The notes beneath the pieces are model-generated. The model was not told the origin of the DNA and made no database searches. It was given only the letters and a program-made list of their open reading frames with translations. Source: Ignavibacteria bacterium (lineage in GTDB: Bacteria; Bacteroidota; Ignavibacteria; Tepidaquicellales; Tepidaquicellaceae). From it: a stretch of 64,000 nucleotides of DNA. The stretch covers positions 7,955-71,954 of the forward strand of contig JADJWZ010000020.1 in assembly GCA_016716125.1 (NCBI GenBank), in the 5' to 3' direction. Made by a program: the position numbers and the translations under genes. Positions 44,498-54,585 of the stretch are shown here, piece by piece; within the stretch, counting starts at the first letter, position 1, and every line of letters begins with the position of its first letter.

Positions 44498-46723
44498 TTA
44501 TAATTGTAATCCGAGACCGACATATAATGTTCTTTTGTTGTTTGTGTATATCGGTAACTGCGTTGAATAATCAGAATTATAAGTGTAATCATACAGATTA
44601 TCCTTGTTGAAAATATTATTGACAGCAAGCACACCGACAGCAAATTTTCCGAACAGAGAAAAAATATACTGTGCATTCATATCAAGTCTGTCATAGGTCG
44701 GAAATCTTCCGCTGTTTATTTCGGCGTATATGGGGACATACACATTCATCGTGCTGTCAAATGTACTTCCGCTTACCGGTGTGTATGGCTTTCCCGTCGA
44801 AAGTTTGTAAGAAAGTCCGAGGACAATTTTATCCGAGAGATTGTAACTTCCGACAATACTCATATTATTTGTAATGTCATAATTTGAAGGCGCGAGGATC
44901 TGCGCATCGAACTGCCTTCTCCTGGAATCGGAATATGCATATGAGATCCAGCCGGTAAATTTATTTGAGATCTTTGTTTTAAAAAATACATCTACTCCTT
45001 TTACATTACCGTCACCCTCCGAACCGTAGAAAAAATTCGCTCTGTTAAATAACACAAGATTCGAATAATCTTTGTAATAGCCTTCTACTCTGAAAATAAT
45101 TTTATTCTCATTATTATATTCATATCCAAGTATATAATGCAGAGCTGATTCCGGCTCGAGTTCATTTTCTCTGGACCTTGAATAATCAAGAAGACTCGGA
45201 TACTGATGATAAAGTCCGAATGCGCCTCTTACCGTATGATTTTGTTTAATAAGATATCCGAAAGAAATTCTCGGATCAAAGCTTGCTTTGGAAGAAAGGG
45301 AATGGTAATCGGTTCTGACACCGGGTATAACAAACAGATCATCTGTCAGTCTTATCTGCGCCTCAAGATATGCGCCGAGTCTTCCGCTGTTTGAATTAGT
45401 ATCGAGAGTTAATGAAGGTGCGTTTAACGCCAGATTATATGAATACAGAGGAACAGTACCGGTGATGTCATACTCGTTATATTCGTATTCAAGTCCTGTG
45501 TTTAAGTCAGTCTTATTATTTAACTGCAGAGTATATTCCGCGCGGCCTTTTGAATAAATATTTTTTTCTGTAGTATTCAGAACGCCGTATTTAGAATTGT
45601 TCTCATTAAGACTGAAAGAACCTCCGACACTGAGCAGAGTCGAAACTGACGGAGCGGTAGTCAGCTTTATATTACTAAAATAATTTTTAGAACTTCCTTC
45701 GAAGAATCCGTCAAATGTAGGTCCGGCATTTTTAATTCCGACTTTATCATCACTGTAATTTCCGTACATTTTCAGATTGCCTGTTTTTCCCAGTGTGAAT
45801 GAGAGAGTGCCTCCGAGCTGGTTTGACTGCGGGATGGGAGAGTATTCCGAATGCTTTCCGTTAATTGCGAAAAACGGTTCGAGAAATAATTTACCTGCCG
45901 TAAAAGTCGCCCCGATTTTTCTGTTATCGGAAAGGTAAACACCTGACAGTGATGCATTTGCAAGTCCGAGCCACGCAAACATTCCCGAACCCTGCGGCAT
46001 GTCATAGGATTTAAGATCGAGTACAGCTGACAGCACGTTTCCGTATTTAGCGGAAAATCCTCCGCTTGTAAAATTGATTCCCTTCAATCCCCAGGGATTT
46101 ATAGTCGAGTAGGATGAAGTATTAAAGGTTTCATCAAAGATAAACGGATTGTAAAGCGAAGCCATGTCAACTATAGTAAGCACTTCATTGGGATTTCCGC
46201 CGCGTACTGTAATTCTGCTGCCTTCGTTCACCTGATTTGATCCGGGAAAAGTAGTGATAGCTCTGTAAAGATCAGCGTCTGCGCCCGGTATTCTTACTAT
46301 CTCAAGAGGAGTAAGCGTTACAGCAGTATTATTTCCGGAAGTAAATGAACTTGCCGTTACAAGTATCTCATCAGTTTTAATTTCGGTTTTTGTAAGTTTA
46401 ACATTTAGAACCATATTCTGTCCCGGTAAAATATCTATCGGGATGTTTTTGGTTGCATAATCAATTGAAGTAACGATAAGATTCGCCTGTCCGGATTTTT
46501 CGGTTTCAAATTCATAAAAACCTTTTTCATCTGAGGTAGAGCCGTCTATTGTTCCTTCTATTACTAAATTAGCTCCGGACAGAATTTCGTTTTTCTCACC
46601 GGTTACTTTTCCGGATATAATTGTAACCTGTGATGTTTCAGCAGAGTCACTGCCTTGTGAAAAAGAAATTCCGCTTTGAAATAAAAGAGCTAATGCTGTA
46701 AATAGTATAAAAATTATTTTCAT
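44498..46723 (-). CDS. TonB-dependent receptor with N-terminal carboxypeptidase-regulatory-like domain
   Basis: 741 aa with signal peptide. GKVTGEKNEILSGANLVIEGT N-domain, plug-like region, and long beta-barrel ending in an aromatic-rich C-terminus (LYVGLGLQL). Confidence 0.85.
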   Translation of the reverse strand: MKIIFILFTALALLFQSGISFSQGSDSAETSQVTIISGKVTGEKNEILSGANLVIEGTIDGSTSDEKGFYEFETEKSGQANLIVTSIDYATKNIPIDILPGQNMVLNVKLTKTEIKTDEILVTASSFTSGNNTAVTLTPLEIVRIPGADADLYRAITTFPGSNQVNEGSRITVRGGNPNEVLTIVDMASLYNPFIFDETFNTSSYSTINPWGLKGINFTSGGFSAKYGNVLSAVLDLKSYDMPQGSGMFAWLGLANASLSGVYLSDNRKIGATFTAGKLFLEPFFAINGKHSEYSPIPQSNQLGGTLSFTLGKTGNLKMYGNYSDDKVGIKNAGPTFDGFFEGSSKNYFSNIKLTTAPSVSTLLSVGGSFSLNENNSKYGVLNTTEKNIYSKGRAEYTLQLNNKTDLNTGLEYEYNEYDITGTVPLYSYNLALNAPSLTLDTNSNSGRLGAYLEAQIRLTDDLFVIPGVRTDYHSLSSKASFDPRISFGYLIKQNHTVRGAFGLYHQYPSLLDYSRSRENELEPESALHYILGYEYNNENKIIFRVEGYYKDYSNLVLFNRANFFYGSEGDGNVKGVDVFFKTKISNKFTGWISYAYSDSRRRQFDAQILAPSNYDITNNMSIVGSYNLSDKIVLGLSYKLSTGKPYTPVSGSTFDSTMNVYVPIYAEINSGRFPTYDRLDMNAQYIFSLFGKFAVGVLAVNNIFNKDNLYDYTYNSDYSTQLPIYTNNKRTLYVGLGLQL

Positions 46724-46729
46724 TTTAAA

Positions 46730-47023
46730 TTAAAATTTTAAAGTTTCAATATCTTTGGCAATATCAAAGTCTTTATGCGAAATACCTTTTACGGAATGAG
46801 TTGAGAATGAGACTTCAACTTCGGCATATTTTAATGTCATATAATCCGGATGATGATCATGCTGCTGGCATAAAGCTCCGATTGCAGTTACGAGTCCCAT
46901 TGTCTGCGGAAAACCCTTCGTCTTATAGGTTTTCTTAATTGATGAATAATCTGTTTTCCATCCTTTAAGTTTTTTCAGATCCTTATCGATCTGATCTTTT
47001 GTAAGTTTAGTTAGTTTAGTCAT
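46730..47023 (-). CDS. pterin-4-alpha-carbinolamine dehydratase family protein (COG2154)
   Basis: 97 aa. W-x-x...HHPD signature (QQHDHHPDYMTLKYAEVEVSFSTH). Confidence 0.85.
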   Translation of the reverse strand: MTKLTKLTKDQIDKDLKKLKGWKTDYSSIKKTYKTKGFPQTMGLVTAIGALCQQHDHHPDYMTLKYAEVEVSFSTHSVKGISHKDFDIAKDIETLKF

Positions 47024-47045
47024 GATAGTTAATTTAAATTAATGA

Positions 47046-47348
47046 TTATTTTTTATTTGATCTTATAATATTTTCAAGATTATTTATATAATTTTTAAAC
47101 GCTTTATAGCCTTTGGATGTGATCTTGTATTTCGATACAGGTTTTCTGTCCACAAATAATTTCTTCACGCTGACATATCCGGCATGCTCCAGTTTTTTCA
47201 GATGAACACTTAAATTGCCGTCGGTTGCATTTACTTTTTCCTTGAGAAAATTAAATTCCGCTTCATCCGTTCCCACAAGCACTGCCATAATTGCAGTTCT
47301 TATACGTGAATGTATTACATCATCAATTTGCTGATAGTCATAGTTCAT
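47046..47348 (-). CDS. winged-helix transcriptional regulator (HTH_34-like)
   Basis: 100 aa. IHSRIRTAIMAVL...TDGNLSVHLKKLEHAGYV pattern. Its ATG overlaps the stop of the upstream membrane gene (TAATG). Confidence 0.8.
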   Translation of the reverse strand: MNYDYQQIDDVIHSRIRTAIMAVLVGTDEAEFNFLKEKVNATDGNLSVHLKKLEHAGYVSVKKLFVDRKPVSKYKITSKGYKAFKNYINNLENIIRSNKK

Positions 47349-47950
47349 TATGCGTTTTCCATAAGTAATTCTTTTGATTTTTTATTGAGTAATAATCCCG
47401 GTACGATCTGAAGCATGATTATCATTATTGCAAAAATAAGCAAAGTATGAATTCCGGGAAATACAAACATTACTATTGCTCCCGCCCACCATCCGAATGA
47501 TACTGATCTGAGCCAGCCAAGCTGCTGAATCGATCCGCTTGTGAAATAGGATATTCCGAGTGAAGTGGCAATGAGCGGACAGATATAAATGGGATTGTAA
47601 GCTCCCGAGAATGAGCCGACAAATCCGTAAATAAACATTGCAACTCCGGATGCCAGCCATAGTGAAGTCAGAATCCTTCCCGCATAAGTGGAAACTTTAC
47701 TTCTCTTGCTCTGATACTTGCCGATCAGAACATCTGCAACAGCTCCTGATACCATCATGACCAGCCAAACAAATCCAATATACTTTGTGTAAAATTTAAA
47801 CACCAGCATAAGATAGTTTATAAGCAGACCCAATGCTACGAGTATTCCCCAGAAGATATAATGTACGCCGTTATCGATATTCAGCTTTCGTGTATCTTCC
47901 ATCATTTTCTTTATCAGTGAAACTTCGAGTTCAGCTTGTTTTGATTCCAT
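47348..47950 (-). CDS. hypothetical integral membrane protein
   Basis: 200 aa with about 5 hydrophobic helices. Translationally coupled to the winged-helix regulator. Confidence 0.7.
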   Translation of the reverse strand: MESKQAELEVSLIKKMMEDTRKLNIDNGVHYIFWGILVALGLLINYLMLVFKFYTKYIGFVWLVMMVSGAVADVLIGKYQSKRSKVSTYAGRILTSLWLASGVAMFIYGFVGSFSGAYNPIYICPLIATSLGISYFTSGSIQQLGWLRSVSFGWWAGAIVMFVFPGIHTLLIFAIMIIMLQIVPGLLLNKKSKELLMENA

Positions 47951-48030
47951 GTGTGATTTAATTTAAAGTGCTTTGTAAAATAAAGTGCTTTACAAAAATA
48001 GAGAGTTTTTTTTAAAATGTCAACCCCTGC

Positions 48031-48060
48031 AAAAAAAAATCCGGCTTAAACCGGATTTTT
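48031..48060 (-). terminator. rho-independent terminator (minus strand)
   Basis: atccgg-cttaaa-ccggat flanked by A9 on the plus strand (T9 on the minus strand), 30 nt after the icd stop. Confidence 0.8.
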
Positions 48061-48089
48061 ATTAACGTTTAAATAAATAAAAATTAGAA

Positions 48090-49529
48090 TCAGGAGTAAC
48101 CTGCAACTCCATCGAAGTTATATATATGCTCGGTCTTTATAAAATCGAATCCGGTATCATAAACTTTTTCAAGCAGCTTTATTACATCGGAGTTATTAAT
48201 TGTTTCACCGCTGTTAACGGTTACATATCTGCATCTCCAGTGATCCGTGCAGAAAGTTTCAGGTTCACCGTCCGGCCATACCTTTACTCCTCTGTTGCTG
48301 ATGAATCCGAGTTTAAGATTATCGGTACCGACTTTTTTCAGAATTTCACCGAGGTCTTCAGCCGAACCGTTTCTCCAGTCGAGATAAATATCTACGCCGA
48401 CAAGGTCTTTCTGCTGAATTTTTAATTTTGATACTTCAGCCTGTTTTCTTTTTACTTCATCGGATTTTTTATATTTAACTGGTTTAAGTTTTCCGGGAAC
48501 CTGACCTAATCTTTCGACGACGGCTTTTGCAAATTCTTTTGTGCCGACCTTTTCTTTACTGATATTATCTTTAAAAATATCATAAGTATGAATTCCGTCT
48601 TCGAGAGTTTTCAGCCAGGCGTTATGAACTTTTGTTGCAATTTCACTCTGACCGATGTGATTCAGCATCATAACTCCTCCGAGCAGCAGTCCTGAAGGGT
48701 TTGCAAGATTCTGACCTGCGCGTCTCGGCGCAGAGCCGTGTATAGCTTCAAACATTGCAAAATTCTCTCCGATGTTTGCTGAGCCGGCAAGTCCGACAGA
48801 ACCGGTGATCTGAGCAGCTACATCCGATAATATATCACCGTAAAGATTTTCCATCACTATCACGTCAAAATTTTCCGGAGTGTTTGCCATTTTGGCCGCG
48901 CCTATATCGACTATCCATACTTCGTTTTCAATCTCCGGATATTCAGCTGCAATGTCCCTGAATATTTTGTGAAACAAACCGTCGGTTAGTTTCATGATAT
49001 TATCTTTTACAAAACACGTTACTTTTTTTCTGTTGTTATAAACTGCATACTCAAAAGCATAACGTATGATCTTTTCTGAACCGGGTCTTGAGATAAGTTT
49101 TAAACACTGATAAACATCCTGCGTCTGCCTGTATTCAATCCCGGCATAAAGGTCTTCTTCATTTTCCCTGACAATTACAACATCCATTACGGGATGTTTT
49201 GTGGAAACATAAGGATGGTATGAAATACAAGGTCTTACATTGGCATAAAGTCCTAATGTTTTTCGCGTAGTTACATTCAGACTTTTATAACCGCCGCCCT
49301 GAGGAGTTGTTATCGGAGCTTTCAGAAAAACTTTTGTCCTGCGCAGCGAATCCCATGCGCTCGGTTCTATTCCAGCCAGATTTCCCTTGAGATAGACCTG
49401 CTCGCCGATCTCAATAGTTTCAATATCAAGTTCAGCTCCGGCGGAAGTTATAATATTCAATGTTGCTTCCATTATTTCAGGACCGATACCGTCACCGTAT
49501 GCGACAGTTATTGGTGTGTTTTTAGACAT
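48090..49529 (-). CDS. icd: isocitrate dehydrogenase (beta-decarboxylating dehydrogenase family, long form)
   Basis: 479 aa. GDGIGPEI, LYANVRP and NLYGDILSD motifs. Confidence 0.88.
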   Translation of the reverse strand: MSKNTPITVAYGDGIGPEIMEATLNIITSAGAELDIETIEIGEQVYLKGNLAGIEPSAWDSLRRTKVFLKAPITTPQGGGYKSLNVTTRKTLGLYANVRPCISYHPYVSTKHPVMDVVIVRENEEDLYAGIEYRQTQDVYQCLKLISRPGSEKIIRYAFEYAVYNNRKKVTCFVKDNIMKLTDGLFHKIFRDIAAEYPEIENEVWIVDIGAAKMANTPENFDVIVMENLYGDILSDVAAQITGSVGLAGSANIGENFAMFEAIHGSAPRRAGQNLANPSGLLLGGVMMLNHIGQSEIATKVHNAWLKTLEDGIHTYDIFKDNISKEKVGTKEFAKAVVERLGQVPGKLKPVKYKKSDEVKRKQAEVSKLKIQQKDLVGVDIYLDWRNGSAEDLGEILKKVGTDNLKLGFISNRGVKVWPDGEPETFCTDHWRCRYVTVNSGETINNSDVIKLLEKVYDTGFDFIKTEHIYNFDGVAGYS

Positions 49530-49652
49530 GAATTCCTTTCATTGATTTTTTAGAAAATTAATTTAACGATATTGATCTATATATTAAACTTAAAATATGT
49601 ATCACAGCAATCTGAAATTTTTTCCGGAAGACAGTATAAGAATATTATAAAC

Positions 49653-51014
49653 TCAGTTTTCAGTTAATAAAGGTTCAGTCGCAGTATCCCTCACTTGTAT
49701 ATAATCTTCTTCCTTATACCTTTTGGCAACAATTATAAAAGCAAAAGCTGTGAACAGCATCAATCCCGCGAAAAACCAGAAATATTCTGAGCCTTCAAAG
49801 ACAAATGAACCATCGTCATTTACAATAAGCTGATTTACGAGAGCCGTGATGCCGTTACCGAGAGAGACTCCGAGAAACCAAAGTCCCATCACGAAAGACT
49901 TCATGCTGTTCGGCGCCTGAGTATATGAAAATTCCAGACCGGTGATTGAGATCATCACTTCGGCTGCAGTAAGGATCACATAAGCCCAGAACTGCCAGAG
50001 AATGCTTGGCGTGCCTCCGGCAGATATGGAAGTTTCGGCAAATGCAATTATGGCAAATGAAAATGCAGCCAGAAACATTCCGATGGAAATTTTTCTCAGC
50101 ATCGTGAGAGGAAAAAATTTATTCACGAACGGATATATGACATAAGTAAACATCGGAATGAATATCATTATCAGCAGGGGATTTATCGCCTGGATCTGCG
50201 AAGCGAGTAGTTCAAATTGCGTAAAACCCAGGTTAACATTCTTATCCATTTTCTCAGCCTGCAGCACCCATGAAGATCCTGTCTGATCAAACAGCGACCA
50301 GAATACTGCGATAAAAATATACATGATGCTTAGATTCAGAATTGCTTTCTTTCCTTTTTCACTGAAGACATCCAGCTTGTATGCTTTCCATCCTACAGGC
50401 GGAATCGCGATAAATACCTTTCTTCCCATATAAAAAACTATTGTCGCAAACAGCATCAGCAGACCCGGAACGCCGAAAGCAATGTGAGGACCGAATCTGT
50501 CAAGCAGTATCGGAGTGAGTAAAGTTGAAACTGCTGCTCCGAGATTTATAGAAAAGTAAAAGTAACCGAATATTTTTTCGAGAAGATGCTTGTTCTTTTT
50601 TTCAAACTGATCTCCGACGTGAGCTGAGACGCAGGGTTTTATTCCGCCAGAGCCGATTGCAATAAGCGTAAGTCCGATCGCCAGTCCGACTCTTGTTTCA
50701 TCAATCGCCAGCGCTGCGTGACCAAGCACATATACAACGGACAGCAATATTATGGTTTTATATTTTCCCCACAATACATCGGAAACAATAGCTCCTATTA
50801 TCGGGAAAAAATAAGTCGCCATGCTGAAAACATGATACCATTTCGTAGCTTCATTCGGATTCATAACATCGGTTCCTCCCGAACCCATAAGATATTGAGT
50901 CATGAAAACTACAAGGATCCCCTTCATTCCGTAATAGCTGAATCTTTCGGCAAGTTCGTTACCGATTATATATGGGATCCCTTTCGGATATTTATTACTT
51001 ACAGCTTCTGCCAT
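49653..51014 (-). CDS. POT/PTR2-family di-/tripeptide:proton symporter
   Basis: 453 aa polytopic protein. ELAERFSYYGM signature. Confidence 0.88.
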   Translation of the reverse strand: MAEAVSNKYPKGIPYIIGNELAERFSYYGMKGILVVFMTQYLMGSGGTDVMNPNEATKWYHVFSMATYFFPIIGAIVSDVLWGKYKTIILLSVVYVLGHAALAIDETRVGLAIGLTLIAIGSGGIKPCVSAHVGDQFEKKNKHLLEKIFGYFYFSINLGAAVSTLLTPILLDRFGPHIAFGVPGLLMLFATIVFYMGRKVFIAIPPVGWKAYKLDVFSEKGKKAILNLSIMYIFIAVFWSLFDQTGSSWVLQAEKMDKNVNLGFTQFELLASQIQAINPLLIMIFIPMFTYVIYPFVNKFFPLTMLRKISIGMFLAAFSFAIIAFAETSISAGGTPSILWQFWAYVILTAAEVMISITGLEFSYTQAPNSMKSFVMGLWFLGVSLGNGITALVNQLIVNDDGSFVFEGSEYFWFFAGLMLFTAFAFIIVAKRYKEEDYIQVRDTATEPLLTEN

Positions 51015-51067
51015 AAAATTTTTTAGTTGAACAAAATAAGAATTATTGAATACATTAAAAACTTATT

Positions 51068-51286
51068 TTACATTTTAACGTCGTTGATCCGGATCAGCTC
51101 TTTTACTTTTTCTATTATAAGATCTTTGGATAATTCTGTCATGCAAATATTTCCTATATTGCATTCGAGCAGATTGCAGTACAGGCAGTTAATATTTTCA
51201 TTTACAATTGATAAATTTTTATCGCCGAAAGGACCCTGAAGTTTCGGATTTGTAGGACCATATATCCCCAGTGTGGGGACGTCCAT
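51068..51286 (-). CDS. C-terminal fragment of frameshift-split GT9 heptosyltransferase
   Basis: MDVPTLGIYGPTNP matches the conserved GT9 C-terminal block. It joins 51295..52101 if one G is added near 51309. Confidence 0.75.
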   Translation of the reverse strand: MDVPTLGIYGPTNPKLQGPFGDKNLSIVNENINCLYCNLLECNIGNICMTELSKDLIIEKVKELIRINDVKM

Positions 51287-51294
51287 CGAGACTG

Positions 51295-52101
51295 CTATAT
51301 GCAGAGGTCCGAGTCATTACCAATCACCAGGTCACATTTTTCAATTATGGCGGCAAGATATCTGATAGGGCTGTCCGGAATAAGATATGCGTTTCCTTTT
51401 TTTACCGAGTCACGGATCTTTTCACAGTTTTCTTTTTCCTTTTGATTTCCCCAGAAGAGAATAAAATTAACGTCATAAATCTCATTCAGTATGTCCATCA
51501 ATTTTGTGTAATCATCGGCTTTGTATCTTTTGGATTCCCATCCGCCTGTTTTTGAAATTCCTATAACTTTCTTTGAAAAAAGATTATGTGAATTAAAGAA
51601 TTCATCAGCAAATTCTTTATGGACTACATTTACCGGGAGATAAAGTTTTTTGGAAACGATCGGAATGTCAAGAGCTCTCAGAGAGTCGAGATTAAACTCA
51701 ACGTTATGGACTTCTCCTCCTCTGCCTTTTACGCTGATATTATATGCGTAATTTCTTCCTCTGAAATTAAATCCGAATCTGTATCTTGCTCTGCTCAAAA
51801 AAGTAATCAGCGCCGTCCTCGGATTTCCGAACAGGTCTATAACAAGATCATACTTTTGCTTTCTAATGTTCTTAATCAGACACCATGACTTGTCTTCGTT
51901 TGCATCATATGTAAATGCCCTTGTGATATACGGATTATCAATAAGAATATCACGTGAATGACGGACAGTGAGAAAGTTAATTTCTGCATCAGGAAAAAAA
52001 GCTTTGAGATTAGGAAGCACGGGAGTGGTCAGGAGAATGTCTCCGATCCCTCCGAATTTAATTACAAGTATCTTATTAATTTTATTTTTATCTAATTTCA
52101 A
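51295..52101 (-). CDS. glycosyltransferase family 9 (LPS heptosyltransferase-like), N-terminal part, frameshift-split
   Basis: ILVIKFGGIGDILLTTPVL N-terminal GT9 signature. Ends GNDSDLCI*, where GT9 enzymes read GNDSGP(L/M)H. Confidence 0.8.
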   Translation of the reverse strand: MKLDKNKINKILVIKFGGIGDILLTTPVLPNLKAFFPDAEINFLTVRHSRDILIDNPYITRAFTYDANEDKSWCLIKNIRKQKYDLVIDLFGNPRTALITFLSRARYRFGFNFRGRNYAYNISVKGRGGEVHNVEFNLDSLRALDIPIVSKKLYLPVNVVHKEFADEFFNSHNLFSKKVIGISKTGGWESKRYKADDYTKLMDILNEIYDVNFILFWGNQKEKENCEKIRDSVKKGNAYLIPDSPIRYLAAIIEKCDLVIGNDSDLCI

Positions 52102-52103
52102 AC

Positions 52104-52799
52104 TTAAACTAAATTTTCGAGGATGATAAAATTATTTTCTTTTATTTCATTCGGATCAATCTTTCTTTTCCGGTAGATTCCTTTATCCGGAAATTCACAC
52201 ATCTTATACAAAAAACAGATGCTGCATAATGGATTTTTTGCTTTGCAAATATTTCTTCCGAACTTGATCAGATTCGAATGCATTTCATATTTCTTTCCCT
52301 GCGGAATTATATCTTTTACAGCTTCGAAAGTTTTTTCCGGCGATGAAGTTTTCACGATCCCAAGCCGGTTAAGGATTCTGTGAACATGCGTATCCACCGG
52401 GAATGCATCCCTTCCCAGCGCGAAGATCAGGACACATGAAACTGTCTTCACTCCGAACCCCTTATGACTTAGAAATATCTCATATATTTTTTCATCGGGG
52501 TATTCATTCATAAAATCAAGATCCAGACTTCCGAAATTTTTCTTTAAACTTTTCAAAAGAGATAAAATTTCTTTTGATTTTGTATCCGCAAGTCCGCAGA
52601 CTTTAATTTCATTTTTTATTAAACCTACATCCGCCTGTGAAACATCATCCCAGTTTCTGAATTTCTTTTTAAGATTGGTGAACGCAGCAAAGGAGGATTT
52701 ATCAGTTGTATTCTGCGACAGTTTGGTTGCAATTAAAACATCAAGAATTCCGGCTCTGTTTTCGGAAACATCATAAGGAGTTCCAAAGCGCTTATTCAA
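52104..52799 (-). CDS. endonuclease III-like HhH-GPD base-excision repair protein
   Basis: 231 aa. Helix-hairpin-helix GFGVKTVSCVL, FPVDTHVHR, and a C-terminal 4-Cys cluster CKAKNPLCSICFLYKMC. Confidence 0.82.
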   Translation of the reverse strand: MNKRFGTPYDVSENRAGILDVLIATKLSQNTTDKSSFAAFTNLKKKFRNWDDVSQADVGLIKNEIKVCGLADTKSKEILSLLKSLKKNFGSLDLDFMNEYPDEKIYEIFLSHKGFGVKTVSCVLIFALGRDAFPVDTHVHRILNRLGIVKTSSPEKTFEAVKDIIPQGKKYEMHSNLIKFGRNICKAKNPLCSICFLYKMCEFPDKGIYRKRKIDPNEIKENNFIILENLV

Positions 52800-52846
52800 A
52801 GCGTCTATTATTTTTCTGATAAAAGCTGTTTTCCGCTTTTGAGAAA

Positions 52847-53974
52847 TTACTTTATTATTTTTAATAAAATTTTAACGATCCTTTCGGCTGCTTTACCGTC
52901 CCAGAGTTCAGGTATCTTTCCTTTTTTGAAACTGCCGTTCTCGATTTCTTTAATATATTTGATTATTTTCTTTTCGTTGAGTCCGCAGATTACATTTGTG
53001 CCAAGCTCTGAAGTAACAGGTCTTTCAGTATTTTCCCGGAGAGTTATGCACGGAATCCTGAGGAAAGTAGATTCTTCCTGTATACCGCCTGAGTCAGTTA
53101 AGATAAATTTCGCATTTGAAGTAAGTTTTAAAAAATCAAAATATCCGAACGGTTCGGTAAGTATAAGATTTTTAACCGATTGAATTTTTTTCTCAAACCC
53201 GAATTCGCCGATCATTTTCAATGTGCGCGGGTGAACAGGAAATACTATGTCAAGCAAAGGATTTATCCTATTAATATTTTGAAAAACGGAAATAATTTTA
53301 CGCAAATTCTCTTTGACATCGACATTAGAAGGTCTGTGCAGAGTGACGAGAGCGTATTGCTTTTCTGAAATACACAGTTCTTTAAGAATTGTAGATTTGT
53401 CCGCCTTATCCAGATAAAATACAAGAGAGTCTATCATTGTATTTCCGGCAAAAAAAATATTTTTTTTATCTGCGCCTTCATTAAGTAAATTCCTAACACC
53501 ACTGTATTCAGTAACGAAATGGTAATCCGAAAGCACGTCGGTAACACGTCTGTTAATTTCCTCGGGCATTGTCCGGTCATTGCTTCTGAGTCCTGATTCG
53601 ATATGCGCGACAGGAATGGACCTTCCTGTTTTAGTAAGAATTTTCGAACTTACCAGAGCTGCTGCGGCAGTCGAATTTATGTCTCCGTACACAAGCACAA
53701 GATCGGGTTTCTCTTTTAAAAGAATTTTTTCAAATTCGATCATGATGCGAGCTTTCTGTTCGGCATGTGATGCTGAACCGATGGCAAGATAAATATGCGG
53801 TTTCGGCAGATCAAGCTCCTTAATAAAAACGCCTGACATTTTATTATCATAATGCTGACCTGTGTGTACAATTTTATGGGAGACCTTGGATTTATGTTTA
53901 AGAAGCTTCTTATGAATAGGAGCCATTTTCATGAAGTTTGGTCTGGCGCCTACAACGGAAATGATTTTTTTCAA
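52847..53974 (-). CDS. wecB: UDP-N-acetylglucosamine 2-epimerase (non-hydrolysing)
   Basis: 375 aa. GARPNFMKMAP and TDSGGIQEE motifs. Confidence 0.92.
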   Translation of the reverse strand: MKKIISVVGARPNFMKMAPIHKKLLKHKSKVSHKIVHTGQHYDNKMSGVFIKELDLPKPHIYLAIGSASHAEQKARIMIEFEKILLKEKPDLVLVYGDINSTAAAALVSSKILTKTGRSIPVAHIESGLRSNDRTMPEEINRRVTDVLSDYHFVTEYSGVRNLLNEGADKKNIFFAGNTMIDSLVFYLDKADKSTILKELCISEKQYALVTLHRPSNVDVKENLRKIISVFQNINRINPLLDIVFPVHPRTLKMIGEFGFEKKIQSVKNLILTEPFGYFDFLKLTSNAKFILTDSGGIQEESTFLRIPCITLRENTERPVTSELGTNVICGLNEKKIIKYIKEIENGSFKKGKIPELWDGKAAERIVKILLKIIK

Positions 53975-54228
53975 TACAACAATATTAAGATATCCGGATT
54001 TATTTTTATGAATTTATGAAAAATATAGATTAGTTTAAATTGAAATTAAGGTTTTTGGAAATTAATTGAGAGATTTTAAAATTAGATGAAGAGATAATAG
54101 AATGTTGTGAAAAATTTTTAATTAAATATTTATATATTTTAAATTGGTAAACATCTCTGCTTCTGAATTTTCTCTTGAATGTCATAATCATATTGGATAT
54201 TTTGTCTGATTAATAAATAAGCTATAAA

Positions 54229-54501
54229 ATGAAAAAGAATTTTCATCCTAAGTATTACAAATGCGATGTAATCTGCAATTGCGGGGAAAACAGAGGAGTG
54301 TTATTTACTACCCGTTCAACCGAACCTGAGATAAAAGTCGAAATTTGTTCATTATGCCATCCGTTTTTTACCGGTACACAAAAGATTATTGATACAGCCG
54401 GAAGAGTTGAGAAATTTAACAAACGATACGGAAAATCTAAAAAATCTGCTGAAACAACAGAGTCTGCTGAAACAAAAGAAACAGCGGAAACAAAAGCATA
54501 A
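54229..54501 (+). CDS. rpmE: 50S ribosomal protein L31 (Cys-containing type A) with acidic C-terminal extension
   Basis: [25 protein letters not shown]. The C-terminal tail is [18 protein letters not shown]. Confidence 0.92.
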   Translation: MKKNFHPKYYKCDVICNCGENRGVLFTTRSTEPEIKVEICSLCHPFFTGTQKIIDTAGRVEKFNKRYGKSKKSAETTESAETKETAETKA

Positions 54502-54533
54502 ATTATATTTATTCAGGGTTTACAAAAAAAATT

Positions 54534-54562
54534 AAAGCCAATATTTTCATATTGGCTTTTTT
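54534..54562 (+). terminator. rho-independent terminator
   Basis: aaagccaatat-tttc-atattggcttt followed by a T-run, 33 nt after the rpmE stop. Confidence 0.85.
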
Positions 54563-54585
54563 GATTAATAAATAATCGGTCCGAA

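Noticed and set aside
54456-54501. SAET(T/K)E repeats at the L31 C-terminus and the T/E/K-rich linker of the cyclophilin (61190-61380) as a shared functional repeat or mobile cassette
   Set aside because: Both are short, compositionally biased (A-rich codon) low-complexity tails without extended nucleotide identity to each other. They are most simply disordered linkers or extensions.
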